Below are positions 9,213 through 17,578 of a stretch of DNA of 64,000 nucleotides, piece by piece. The position numbers were made by a program, and so were the translations under genes. The stretch is from Candidatus Bathyarchaeota archaeon (GTDB taxonomy: Archaea > Thermoproteota > Bathyarchaeia > 40CM-2-53-6), in the NCBI GenBank assembly GCA_963845275.1, contig CAWJRR010000002.1:204901-268900 (forward strand), given 5' to 3'. Below the pieces are notes generated by a model, which had not been told where the DNA came from, ran no database searches, and saw only the letters and a program-made list of their open reading frames with translations. Numbering within the stretch: the stretch's first letter is position 1; every line of letters starts with the position of its first letter.

Positions 9213-9818
9213 TCATTTTGCTATTGTTATCGAGTCAACTGGCACGTAAGTGTCAGTGTCGCGGACGCCTTGGAATTTCGCAATCTTAGTTTCAACGAGG
9301 TTTGCGATACGTTGTGGAGGAGGATTTACGAAGCTCTTCTCCACTTCGACTTCAGCCAACACGTCGGCCTTGCCGAACAGCAAGTGGACTCCCACGACTT
9401 CTGGAAGCGTCCACAATTTGCCCATGAGTTCTTTACCTTTGCCTGACTCGGATTGTATGAATACGAATCCTTTCACTATCGGCCTATTAGCAACAGCCGG
9501 CCGCATTTGTTGTTCTATTGGGATTATAGTACGAGTATCTACTATTCCTCCTAGTTTCCTCACTTTGTCAACTACCATCTCAACTACTTGATGGCGCGGA
9601 TCAAGGTCTACATCTTCAGATTCCAACGCAACCAGAAGATCAAACTTGCCAGTTATCAAATGCAACTCACGCACCTCTGACAACAGCTCAAATCTTCCTA
9701 GGGTCTCCCTCTCCATTCCTGGCTGAGTCTTGATCAGGAGAAAACTCCTCATGGTAATGCCCAATGAGAGGACGCTCTCTGCGTGATAATAATGTTGTGA
9801 GATCAAACTCGATTTCAC
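9213..9818 (-). CDS. Protein with two tandem Lrp/AsnC-type ligand-binding (RAM) domains
   Basis: Two repeats of the RAM pattern are present: FLLIKTQPG...VRELHLITGKFDLLVALES and FVFIQSESG...VVGVHLLFGKADVLAEVEV. The likely true start is the internal MRSF at 9752. Confidence 0.55.
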   Translation of the reverse strand: MKSSLISQHYYHAESVLSLGITMRSFLLIKTQPGMERETLGRFELLSEVRELHLITGKFDLLVALESEDVDLDPRHQVVEMVVDKVRKLGGIVDTRTIIPIEQQMRPAVANRPIVKGFVFIQSESGKGKELMGKLWTLPEVVGVHLLFGKADVLAEVEVEKSFVNPPPQRIANLVETKIAKFQGVRDTDTYVPVDSITIAK

Positions 9819-9837
9819 CGATGAGAAACAAGCTCAC

Positions 9838-10431
9838 ATGTTAAGACCAGTCAAAACCTCCTCTTACACGTCAGCACCCTTGAAAATAGTATTGGGGATA
9901 ACCGGGGCGTCCGGCGTAATATATGGAATAAGATTAGCCGAAGAGTTGCACAACAGCGGATCAGAACTGACCACGATCGTTTCTGACGCCGCGAGGACCG
10001 TGATCGCAACAGAGGTTCCAGAAGGATTAGACCGGCTTGCTAAGGCTGGCCCGATTTTGTCAGAACATGATCTGGGAGCAGAAATCTCATCCGGTTCTGT
10101 GAAATTCGATGCTTCCATCATTTGTCCTTGTTCGATGAAATCGCTATCAGCTATCGCTAACGGATTCGCGTACAATCTAATCTGCAGAAACGTAGACGTT
10201 GCCATCAAAGAACATCGCAAGGTCGTTCTCGTAATTCGGGAGACACCGCTCAGCGAGATACATTTGGATAACATGATCAAGCTTGCTCGACTAGGCGTCA
10301 CCATTATGCCAGCATGTCCGGGGTTCTATCATAAGCCTACGTCGATTGATGAGCTAGTGAATCAATTGGTGGGAAAAATCATGGATTCAATCGGCATCGA
10401 GACATCTCTTTACAAAAGATGGGGTGACTGA
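9838..10431 (+). CDS. ubiX: Flavin prenyltransferase UbiX/Pad1 family
   Basis: Motifs: KIVLGITGASGVIYG, ICPCSMKSLSAIANG, VLVIRETPLS, MPACPGFYHKP. Confidence 0.85.
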   Translation: MLRPVKTSSYTSAPLKIVLGITGASGVIYGIRLAEELHNSGSELTTIVSDAARTVIATEVPEGLDRLAKAGPILSEHDLGAEISSGSVKFDASIICPCSMKSLSAIANGFAYNLICRNVDVAIKEHRKVVLVIRETPLSEIHLDNMIKLARLGVTIMPACPGFYHKPTSIDELVNQLVGKIMDSIGIETSLYKRWGD

Positions 10432-10443
10432 GGAAATAGAAGT

Positions 10444-11540
10444 TTAGTCAGAAGAACCTGGTACCGCCGTGGTAACCGAGTATATTGGAGGCAGCCACTC
10501 AACTAACAGTTTCCAGCTTCTTCCTTCATCAGAGCTTGAAAACAGGTGTCCCGTTCGAGTTGCAACGTATAATCCGGCCGGATCAAGCGTGTCCGAAGCG
10601 GCGCCTTCCCGATAGCACCCTAAGTAGGCATTCCCTCGTGGTAGACCATTGTTTTCCAAGTTCTACCACTATTATTCGTACAGTACACTGCAAATTCCTT
10701 GTTAGCGGCAACTCGGAAAAAGTCGCCTTCTTCGGGAACCACATATATTTGACCTGACTTTCTTGGATGGGAAATCATTGTGAAACCGAATCCACTCGGA
10801 AGTCCCTTCGTTATCTCAATCCAGCTCTCTGCTGCGTCTTCAGACCTGTATACTCCGCAATGATTCTGTTGGTACAGGTTCCTTGTATTCTTGCAGTCCA
10901 TAACGAGTTTATGAACGCACTGCCCGAACTCAGGATATTTTGACGGTAGGAAGTCGGCTCGGACCTTACGATTTTTCGGAGACCATGTTTCTCCCTCGTC
11001 TTCTGACTTGAATACGCCCACTGCAGAGATGCCAACGAACATTCGCTTCTTATTGGATGGGTCGACTATTATGGAGTGCAAACATAGTCCTCCAGCACCG
11101 GGTTGCCATTTAGAACGTGTAGGATGATTGTTCAACCCCTGATTCAACTCCCAGTTCTCGCCTTCATCTGCACTCCTGAAGAGAGCTCCAGGCGCGACAC
11201 CAGCGTAAACTACACCATTATCATCCTTGTAACCAGGTTCCACATGCCAGATATTCTCAACTGTAAGTCCTGAACCTTCATCAAAACGGGGAGGGATCTT
11301 AGCGTGCTGCCATTTTCTCCCGAAGTTTTTGGTTCTGTAGATTGTCGGTCCGAAATGGTAACTATTTACGGCCGCGTAAATCGTTCTGCCATCTCTGCTA
11401 TCAAATGCCAAGTGAAATACAGGGCAGTTCTCGAAGAATGGACCTTTCAGTTTCCAATTTCGTCTCTTGGAATTTGAGCTAAGAATGAACGCGCCCTTTC
11501 TTGTCCCTAATAAGGCGTAGACGGAATTCTTAGGTGCCAA
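10444..11540 (-). pseudogene. BNR/sialidase-like beta-propeller protein interrupted by a 1-nt frameshift
   Basis: Two overlapping ORFs (11540-10620 and 10659-10444) in different frames together rebuild one protein with BNR-type S-x-D-x-G-x-x-W repeats (SADEGENW, SEDEGETW, NNSGRTW, SSDEGRSW). The frame breaks right after NNSGRTW at a T4/A4 run, about 10650-10660. Confidence 0.65.
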
Positions 11541-11544
11541 CTCC

Positions 11545-11898
11545 TTAACCCACAGCGACGGCGGGGATTATCCGCACGCGATCTCCATTTCTCAGCTTTG
11601 TCATTAATCCAACACCAGATCGAATGTCATCATCGTTAACAAAAATGTTCACAAATCTCCTCAAATTCATGTTTTCGTCCAGGATGAATGCTTTCAATCC
11701 AGGGAAGAGACTGTCCAACTTCAGGATTACTTCTTCAACAGTCAATGCATCGATATCTATCTTGGACTTGTCGCACGTGAATTGGCGAAGAGCCGCAGGA
11801 AAAGATACAACTACACTCAAAGAAACCCTTTCGTGCTTAAGTCGGAGAAACCCTTTGGAAATAAACCTCTCCCTAAACTGGCATAAATCATGATTCAA
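11545..11898 (-). CDS. MoaD/ThiS-like beta-grasp (ubiquitin-like) protein, atypical C-terminus
   Basis: The C-terminal half (VNIFVNDDDI...LRNGDRVRIIPAVAVG-stop) follows the MoaD/ThiS pattern but ends in VG instead of GG. The true start is probably internal. Confidence 0.45.
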   Translation of the reverse strand: MNHDLCQFRERFISKGFLRLKHERVSLSVVVSFPAALRQFTCDKSKIDIDALTVEEVILKLDSLFPGLKAFILDENMNLRRFVNIFVNDDDIRSGVGLMTKLRNGDRVRIIPAVAVG

Positions 11899-11971
11899 GA
11901 CACGTCTTCCTGAGAAGACCTGCGGATATCTGCCACGCTTAATACGCTCCTCGAAGACGATTATTATGAAC

Positions 11972-12117
11972 GCCGGGGTAGCCTAGCTAGGTAAGGCGAC
12001 AGAGCCCCTCAGCATTAAGATGAGGGACGTTGAACCTCGAGATCGATTTAGAAAACTGGGCCAAGAAAGCTGTTGGTCCTCTGGGCCTCGTGGGTTCAAA
12101 TCCCACCCCCGGCGCCA
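11972..12117 (+). tRNA. Intron-containing tRNA with encoded CCA; best model is type II tRNA-Ser(CGA) with two introns
   Basis: The acceptor GCCGGGG pairs with CCCCGGC, followed by discriminator G and CCA. D arm GCCT/AGGC; T arm GTGGG-TTCAAAT-CCCAC; long variable arm GGTCC-TCT-GGGCC. Removing 12004-12035 (32 nt) and about 12045-12070 (26 nt) gives the anticodon arm ACAGA-CTCGAGA-TCTGT and an 88-nt mature tRNA. Confidence 0.75.
12092..12117 (+). repeat. attL core: last 26 nt of the tRNA, repeated exactly at 40821-40846
   Basis: GGGTTCAAATCCCACCCCCGGCGCCA is read at both positions. The palindrome TTACTAGTAA lies at 12120-12129. Confidence 0.8.
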
Positions 12118-12169
12118 ATTTACTAGTAACCCTAATTAGGGGCACCAACCCCAGTTATGCTAGGTCCCT

Positions 12170-12697
12170 ATGGGAAAGAGCAGGGCCATCAACGAAAGGT
12201 ACGTGTACGCATACTTACCCTCCGTAGAGATGGTCCGGGACTGGAAAGTTAAGGCGAAGAAGAGCGGCGTCTCTATTTCACAATTCGTCTATGAACATGT
12301 GACAAACTCGTTGCGGCAGGAGGAGGGGGAGGAGAGCTACAAGCCTAGAGCCGAGCTGATCGAAGACCTCCGCAAGAAGGATGAGGCGATAGAGAAACTT
12401 AACCGGGAAAACGAGATCATCAAGCTGGCGTTGGAGAGGGTTGAGACAGAGCTTCGTAGGTATCGTTCTGAACCTTTCCTTCAAGAAAGATTTCAGGGTG
12501 TAAGAAAGTACGATCGACAGCTGATTGAACTTCTCAAGAAAGGGCAGGACGTGGATTCTGATCATCTCCTACGCCTCCTCAGAATCAGTCCGAAGGAGAC
12601 GGATCTGGTCAAAGCGGTCAGTAACCAGTTGGAGAACCTAGAAGCCTATGGTCTCGTGAAGAAAACTCGTCGGGGTTGGAGGTGGGTTGGTGAATGA
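12170..12697 (+). CDS. DNA-binding protein: ribbon-helix-helix N-terminus, coiled coil, winged-helix C-terminus (candidate excisionase/regulator)
   Basis: RHH-like YVYAYLPSVEMVRDWKVKAKKSGVSISQFVYEHV; a charged coiled-coil middle; a C-terminal LENLEAYGLVKKTRRGWRWV wing. The stop overlaps the integrase start (ATGA). Confidence 0.45.
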   Translation: MGKSRAINERYVYAYLPSVEMVRDWKVKAKKSGVSISQFVYEHVTNSLRQEEGEESYKPRAELIEDLRKKDEAIEKLNRENEIIKLALERVETELRRYRSEPFLQERFQGVRKYDRQLIELLKKGQDVDSDHLLRLLRISPKETDLVKAVSNQLENLEAYGLVKKTRRGWRWVGE

Positions 12698-13647
12698 GCC
12701 AGCAAACCCTAGTTGAATTACCTGCAGCTGGTAGGCTGGTGGATTTGTTTGTGCAGGATTGTCGGGACAGGGAGATGACGGAGGATTCGATTCAGCATTA
12801 CAGGTCAGTTGTGATGCATTTCTTCGAATTCCTCGATAAGCGAGACATCTTGCCTCGCCAGGTCGATAAGCAGGTTTTCATAGAGTACCTGCGGTATAGA
12901 AGATCGGAAGGCGTAGGCCAGAAAACTTTAGAGAACAACTTCACTGCACTTGCATCCTTCTACGACTACCTAGTCTTCCAAGAGTACATGGGGCAGAATC
13001 CTGTGACTGGAGTTCGGAAACGTTACCTACGTCGTTACAAAAGTGAAAACGACGTGGACGCTGAATCGCCTCGGAAACTCATCAGCATCGAAGAGATGAG
13101 CCTACTAGTCAATTCCGTACTGGACACGAGGGATAAGGGGATGCTTACCCTGTGGGCTAAAACGGGGGTTAGGCGTGGAGAGTTGATCGCCATGGACATA
13201 ACCGACATCGACTGGGTGGAACAGTCAATAACTCTGAAAAAGTTCAAGAAAAGAAGCGGCCGAATAGCATTCTTCGACGATGAAACCTCCAGAGTGCTTA
13301 AGCGCTGGGTAAACCAGCGTCAGATGTTAAACCCGTCCACCCCGGCTTTGTTTATCGGCGAGCACGGAGGGCGTCTGATGAGACACGGCGTCAACCACGC
13401 AGTTGCCAAGTACGCTGAGAGAGTTGGTCTCCATGATCCAAAATCTTCGCGCCTGGAAGATCACTTCTCACCACATTGTTTCCGTCACTGGTTCACGACA
13501 CACCTAAGGCGTGCCGGCATGGATCGGGAGTTCATCAAGGCACTTCGTGGAGACCGGAGGAGAGAAGCCATAGACATCTACGATCGAATCGATAAACAGG
13601 AGCTCCGTAGAGCCTACTTAGCATATATTCCACAATTGGGGCTCTGA
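12694..13647 (+). CDS. Tyrosine recombinase / phage-type integrase
   Basis: It has an N-terminal SAM-like core-binding region and catalytic motifs TGVRRGEL, HCFRHWFTTHLRRAG and AIDIYDRI (Tyr). It lies next to the tRNA. Confidence 0.85.
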   Translation: MSQQTLVELPAAGRLVDLFVQDCRDREMTEDSIQHYRSVVMHFFEFLDKRDILPRQVDKQVFIEYLRYRRSEGVGQKTLENNFTALASFYDYLVFQEYMGQNPVTGVRKRYLRRYKSENDVDAESPRKLISIEEMSLLVNSVLDTRDKGMLTLWAKTGVRRGELIAMDITDIDWVEQSITLKKFKKRSGRIAFFDDETSRVLKRWVNQRQMLNPSTPALFIGEHGGRLMRHGVNHAVAKYAERVGLHDPKSSRLEDHFSPHCFRHWFTTHLRRAGMDREFIKALRGDRRREAIDIYDRIDKQELRRAYLAYIPQLGL

Positions 13648-13670
13648 CGCATAATCACACACAAATCAGA

Positions 13671-13694
13671 GTTCAAATCTGGTTGCCCGCACCA
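13671..13694 (+). other. Orphan 3' end of a different tRNA (T loop + T stem 3' strand + acceptor 3' strand + ACCA)
   Basis: GTTCAAATCTGGTTGCCCGCACCA has exact 7+5+7+1+3 tRNA 3'-half spacing. The upstream sequence cannot form the 5' half. Confidence 0.55.
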
Positions 13695-13701
13695 CGATAA
13701 C
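13688..13701 (+). repeat. 14-bp direct repeat CGCACCACGATAAC, second copy at 22288-22301
   Basis: Read at both positions, exactly 8600 bp apart. The copies bracket the nuclease + type I R-M module. Confidence 0.5.
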
Positions 13702-13913
13702 TCAATCCACGGTGGATGAACTATAATCATCAGCATCACGATAAGAAGCATTAGGCGGTCAACAGCAACCATGACCGAAAGACCTGAACATCAAGCCTCA
13801 AGAAGAGAGTATTATCGGCGCACTGAAGGGGAGAATACAGGCTCAAACATAGATTGTAACATGTACCAACCACTGATTCGTTAATCAACGGCTTTACGTT
13901 AAGGCGAGACTGA

Positions 13914-14474
13914 GTGGCTGACAATAAACCAGAATGTAAGTCTGGACAAGATTCGACTGAGCAAGAAATCAATGACATTCTAATTGTCGGTTTTACTGGC
14001 GAAGTAGCATACCAATATGTGAGAATAAGGCAACGGAAGAAAGGCGATATCTACGTAGAGAATCGCTATAAACCAGAAGGTCCACATTTTTCCTACCATG
14101 CAAGTGGCGAAATGCATGAGGTTTACGTCGATCAGCGCGGAAAGACCGTTCATAGCTTAACCGGTACTGGTCCACCTATCGCTCAGTTTCGAGGTGAAAT
14201 TAGCTTAGGAGGATGGACAATCTACGCCCCAGGTTTGCCCATTTGGAAACAATTTATGCCCAGCAAGGAGCGAAAGGCCCAGTTGATCGTACGTTTTGAT
14301 ATGACTCGTTTAACTGGATGGTTGGCTCTCAGTTTTCGACTTATTGAGATAGGACGACAGGACATTCTAGAAACGTTTCTACGGAGTTTGCAAAAGATGG
14401 ATGTTGAGGTTCTCGGTCATGTGACCATCAAAGATACGAATCCGTGGATTGTTATTGTGGCTGCAGCTGTCTAA
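13914..14474 (+). CDS. Hypothetical protein
   Basis: 186-aa GTG-start ORF, no recognised motif. Confidence 0.4.
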   Translation: MADNKPECKSGQDSTEQEINDILIVGFTGEVAYQYVRIRQRKKGDIYVENRYKPEGPHFSYHASGEMHEVYVDQRGKTVHSLTGTGPPIAQFRGEISLGGWTIYAPGLPIWKQFMPSKERKAQLIVRFDMTRLTGWLALSFRLIEIGRQDILETFLRSLQKMDVEVLGHVTIKDTNPWIVIVAAAV

Positions 14475-14537
14475 CGAATAGGAGTAAAGTAACAAACAGG
14501 AAGACAAGAGGAAAAGATAACTTCAGGCCGCAATATT

Positions 14538-14864
14538 CTAGCTCCACTCACAACCCCGGATTGGGCAACGCCAATTCGAATTCACAGGAACTTGTGGGTG
14601 AATCTCATTATCGGAAGGTGTGTAGTGATGGTAAAGTTCGCATTCGTACTTGTAGGCATCCATAGGAGAGGTAGCGTAGTCAAACCAAAAATGTATGTAA
14701 CTGCCTTCCGCCGCAGAGCTCGCAATTCTTCGTTGCAAGTCGGAGTCGGACCGGCCAACATAGCTTGCTGTACGTCCATCTTTCGAAAGAACGTAAACAC
14801 CCATGCATCCCCTATCAACACGCATGGACACTTGGTCCAACGGAAAAGGCCCCTGAAGAGCCAA
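14538..14864 (-). CDS. GIY-YIG family nuclease domain protein
   Basis: GVYVLSKDGRTASYVGRSDSDLQRRI (GIY...YxG...R), followed by YKYECELYHHY (conserved Glu). Confidence 0.5.
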   Translation of the reverse strand: MALQGPFPLDQVSMRVDRGCMGVYVLSKDGRTASYVGRSDSDLQRRIASSAAEGSYIHFWFDYATSPMDAYKYECELYHHYTPSDNEIHPQVPVNSNWRCPIRGCEWS

Positions 14865-14874
14865 CTTTATTGAC

Positions 14875-15183
14875 TCAACTCCTTCTGACGTTCTTGTTAC
14901 CAGAAGAAGTAACTACACATTCTCCAGAAGCATTGTTGTCCCACTGAAGCGGCCTCAGATTAGAAATGTTATTGTTGTCAGGATTTCCGTCTACGTGATG
15001 TACTTCCCATCCATAATCGGAATCCCGACTTCCATATCTAGTTCTGTGAATCCAAGCCGTACACTCATCTTTTCGCCACGCATCTTCGTCGATACCCGTA
15101 ACAACCGCTCCTTTGTTCCAAACTGCTTGAATCTCTTCAGGTGACCAAGTCTTCCTAGCCTCAGCCAAATCTCTGGCCCTCAC
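14875..15183 (-). CDS. Small HNH endonuclease
   Basis: GWEVHHVDGNPDNNNISNLRPLQWDNN (H-N-N/H motif). It lies 10 nt upstream of the GIY-YIG gene on the same strand. Confidence 0.65.
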   Translation of the reverse strand: MRARDLAEARKTWSPEEIQAVWNKGAVVTGIDEDAWRKDECTAWIHRTRYGSRDSDYGWEVHHVDGNPDNNNISNLRPLQWDNNASGECVVTSSGNKNVRRS

Positions 15184-15418
15184 TCTGAGGTCACCCTACT
15201 ATCTATTTGAAGAGATATGTCGTTAGGGATAAGTTTCGCATTACATTCAGTTTTGATAAGATTACTTTTACAGGACTCCACTATTCACATATAATCAACA
15301 GATTTATTGCATCCATTCTTTCAGCCAGGTGGGAGATAGCAAATTGGAGATTTGTTACACCCTATCCACAGCCTTTTCTAGCGTAGCCACTTAGTGTTCG
15401 TCCACGCATAAGGTCAGT

Positions 15419-16993
15419 GTGCCTTTGCGGGGTAGCGAAGATACGTCAGAGAATGAGAAAATGGTTCAGCATGTAATGTTACCTAGAAAAGTAACACGAG
15501 AAGAATTGAATTCACTTGTAGACAAAGCTGCAGATTTGATCAGAACTGCTGTGGATTACAAGTTCATTCTTGTTTTGTTGTTCTTGAAGAGAATCAATGA
15601 CCTTTGGAAAGCTGAGAAACGGCAGTACAAGCAGAGACTGGTGAAAGAGGCAGATTTGTCCGAGAAGGAAGCCGAAGAACAGAGCGAGAAACTTGAGTAC
15701 ACTTTCAAGATTCCGAAACAGTTCCTTTGGGACGAGATAACCAAAGACGTCAAGACTCTGCCAGAAAAACTTGCAACAGCAATAGGTGAAATTGCAAAAC
15801 TGAACACAGAACTTCAGGGTGTCATCAATAGGGTCGACTTCCTAGAATTTGCTAGGAATCAAGAGAACCGGGACCTCTTGCGACAATTGGTTGAGCTTTT
15901 CAATAGATACGATTTGGCTGGCGAGGAAGTTTCCCCAGACGTGCTCGGAGATGCATACGAGCACATACTCATGAAATTTGCACCCGACCGAGCAAAGGAG
16001 GGCGAGATTTACACCCCCAGAGAAGTCATCAAACTGATGGTCGAGATTCTTGATCCCAAACCTGGCGAGAAAGTGTATGACCCATGTTGTGGTTCCGGCG
16101 GTATGCTGATAATTTCGTACTTGCACGTGCACGACAAGCTCGGAGAAAAAGAAGCCAGGAAACTGTTCCTGTACGGGCAGGAGAGAAATCCAGAAATTTA
16201 CGCTGTCGGCGAAATGAACCTACTGCTTCATGACATCAAGAACGCTAATCTGGCGAACGGTGACACACTGGAGAGTCCGAGATTCAGGGACAATGGCAAG
16301 CTAGAGCAGTTCGAGGTAGTTATCGCAAATATCCCTTGGAATCAAGATGGTTACAACGAGGGAAGGCTCAAAGAAGCTAATTTCCGTGAGAGGTTCACTC
16401 TTGGTTTTCCTCCTCAAAATAGCGCCGATTGGGCCTGGATTCAACACATGCTTGCCTCGGCAAAAGAGAAAGGCAGGATTGCAGTCGTAGTTGACAACGG
16501 CTGCCTTTTCAGAGGAGGACAGGAGAAGAGTGTCAGAAGCAAGATTGTAGGAAAAGACTGGATTGAATGCGTTATCGTTTTGCCAGAAAAGCTCTTTTAC
16601 AATACGGGTGCCCCAGGAGCCATTATCGTCTTCAATAAGAACAAGCCCAAAGAGAGAGATAACAAGATACTCTTCATCAACGCTTCGAACGAGTATGTTA
16701 CACATCCATCAGTTAGAAGATTGAACGCTCTATCATCAGACAACATAGGAAAGATCGTAAGCGTCTATCAGAAGTTCTCTGCGGATCCTGGTTTCTCCAT
16801 AGCAGTGGAAATGAAAGAGATTAGCAAGAATGACTGCAATCTGAATGTGTCACTGTACGTAATGCCAATTGAAGAGGCAGAGAGGATTAGCATTTTCCAA
16901 GTCTATTCAGAGTTGAAGAAGCTGGAAGCCGACAGAGAGAAGATCAACGCACAGCTAGAAGAGGTGTTGGTTCAAATAAAAGAGATTGAGTGA
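15419..16993 (+). CDS. hsdM: Type I restriction-modification system, DNA methyltransferase subunit M
   Basis: HsdM N-terminal helical domain, AdoMet motif DPCCGSGGML, catalytic motif IV variant ANIPW. The likely true start is the ATG at 15461. Confidence 0.9.
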   Translation: MPLRGSEDTSENEKMVQHVMLPRKVTREELNSLVDKAADLIRTAVDYKFILVLLFLKRINDLWKAEKRQYKQRLVKEADLSEKEAEEQSEKLEYTFKIPKQFLWDEITKDVKTLPEKLATAIGEIAKLNTELQGVINRVDFLEFARNQENRDLLRQLVELFNRYDLAGEEVSPDVLGDAYEHILMKFAPDRAKEGEIYTPREVIKLMVEILDPKPGEKVYDPCCGSGGMLIISYLHVHDKLGEKEARKLFLYGQERNPEIYAVGEMNLLLHDIKNANLANGDTLESPRFRDNGKLEQFEVVIANIPWNQDGYNEGRLKEANFRERFTLGFPPQNSADWAWIQHMLASAKEKGRIAVVVDNGCLFRGGQEKSVRSKIVGKDWIECVIVLPEKLFYNTGAPGAIIVFNKNKPKERDNKILFINASNEYVTHPSVRRLNALSSDNIGKIVSVYQKFSADPGFSIAVEMKEISKNDCNLNVSLYVMPIEEAERISIFQVYSELKKLEADREKINAQLEEVLVQIKEIE

Positions 16994-17576
16994 CATGGTG
17001 CAGACTGTTTTTCTTGATACCGGCGTGATCTTAGACTATCTTGAAAATAGACACCAAGAAGTCAGAGATATAATTGCTCAACTCATGCTTCTTCACAAGA
17101 AAGCCAGAATCGTAGTAGCAACCTCAGTCTTCAACATCGCTGAGGTGATTGACAAGGAGTTCGAGATTCATTTCGTTGGTTGGTGTTTGAATGAGAGAAT
17201 GTCGTACGACGAGACGGTAAACAGACTGAGGAGTGACCCTAAGCTGGTCAAAGAAGTCTCGGAGAAGAATCAGAAGGCAGTGGAAAAGAGAATAAATGAT
17301 TTCGTTTTCAAGAATCAGATAACTGTGCTGTCGCTTTCTGCTGAATCAGAGCAGTACGAGGAGCAGTATGAGGAACTCTATACACTAATCTACGAACGCC
17401 AACTGAGATCGCAAGACGCATTAATTATCGCAACAGCGCTAACCAACAAGGTAACCTACTTTGTGTCTAATGACTCGGACCTCATCAGGAAAATCGGAGA
17501 AATGCTCGACAGTTACAACCTGAGGGACGAGGGTCTGCGCAAGTCGTTCCGTAACAACGTGCTAGAGGCGGTCTGA
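16986..17576 (+). CDS. PIN-domain (predicted RNase) protein embedded in the R-M operon
   Basis: Acidic PIN residues are in order: FLDTGVILDY, NIAEVIDKE, QDALIIATAL, FVSNDSDL. It overlaps the hsdM stop by 8 nt and ends 2 nt before hsdS. Confidence 0.6.
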   Translation: MSDMVQTVFLDTGVILDYLENRHQEVRDIIAQLMLLHKKARIVVATSVFNIAEVIDKEFEIHFVGWCLNERMSYDETVNRLRSDPKLVKEVSEKNQKAVEKRINDFVFKNQITVLSLSAESEQYEEQYEELYTLIYERQLRSQDALIIATALTNKVTYFVSNDSDLIRKIGEMLDSYNLRDEGLRKSFRNNVLEAV

Positions 17577-17578
17577 AG

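Noticed and set aside
9250-10304. Antisense ORFs 9250-9591 and 9864-10304
   Set aside because: They lie opposite genes with clear RAM-domain and UbiX motifs.
13671-13694. A complete second tRNA gene after the integrase
   Set aside because: Only the 3' half is present. The upstream bases cannot pair with the T-stem or acceptor strands.
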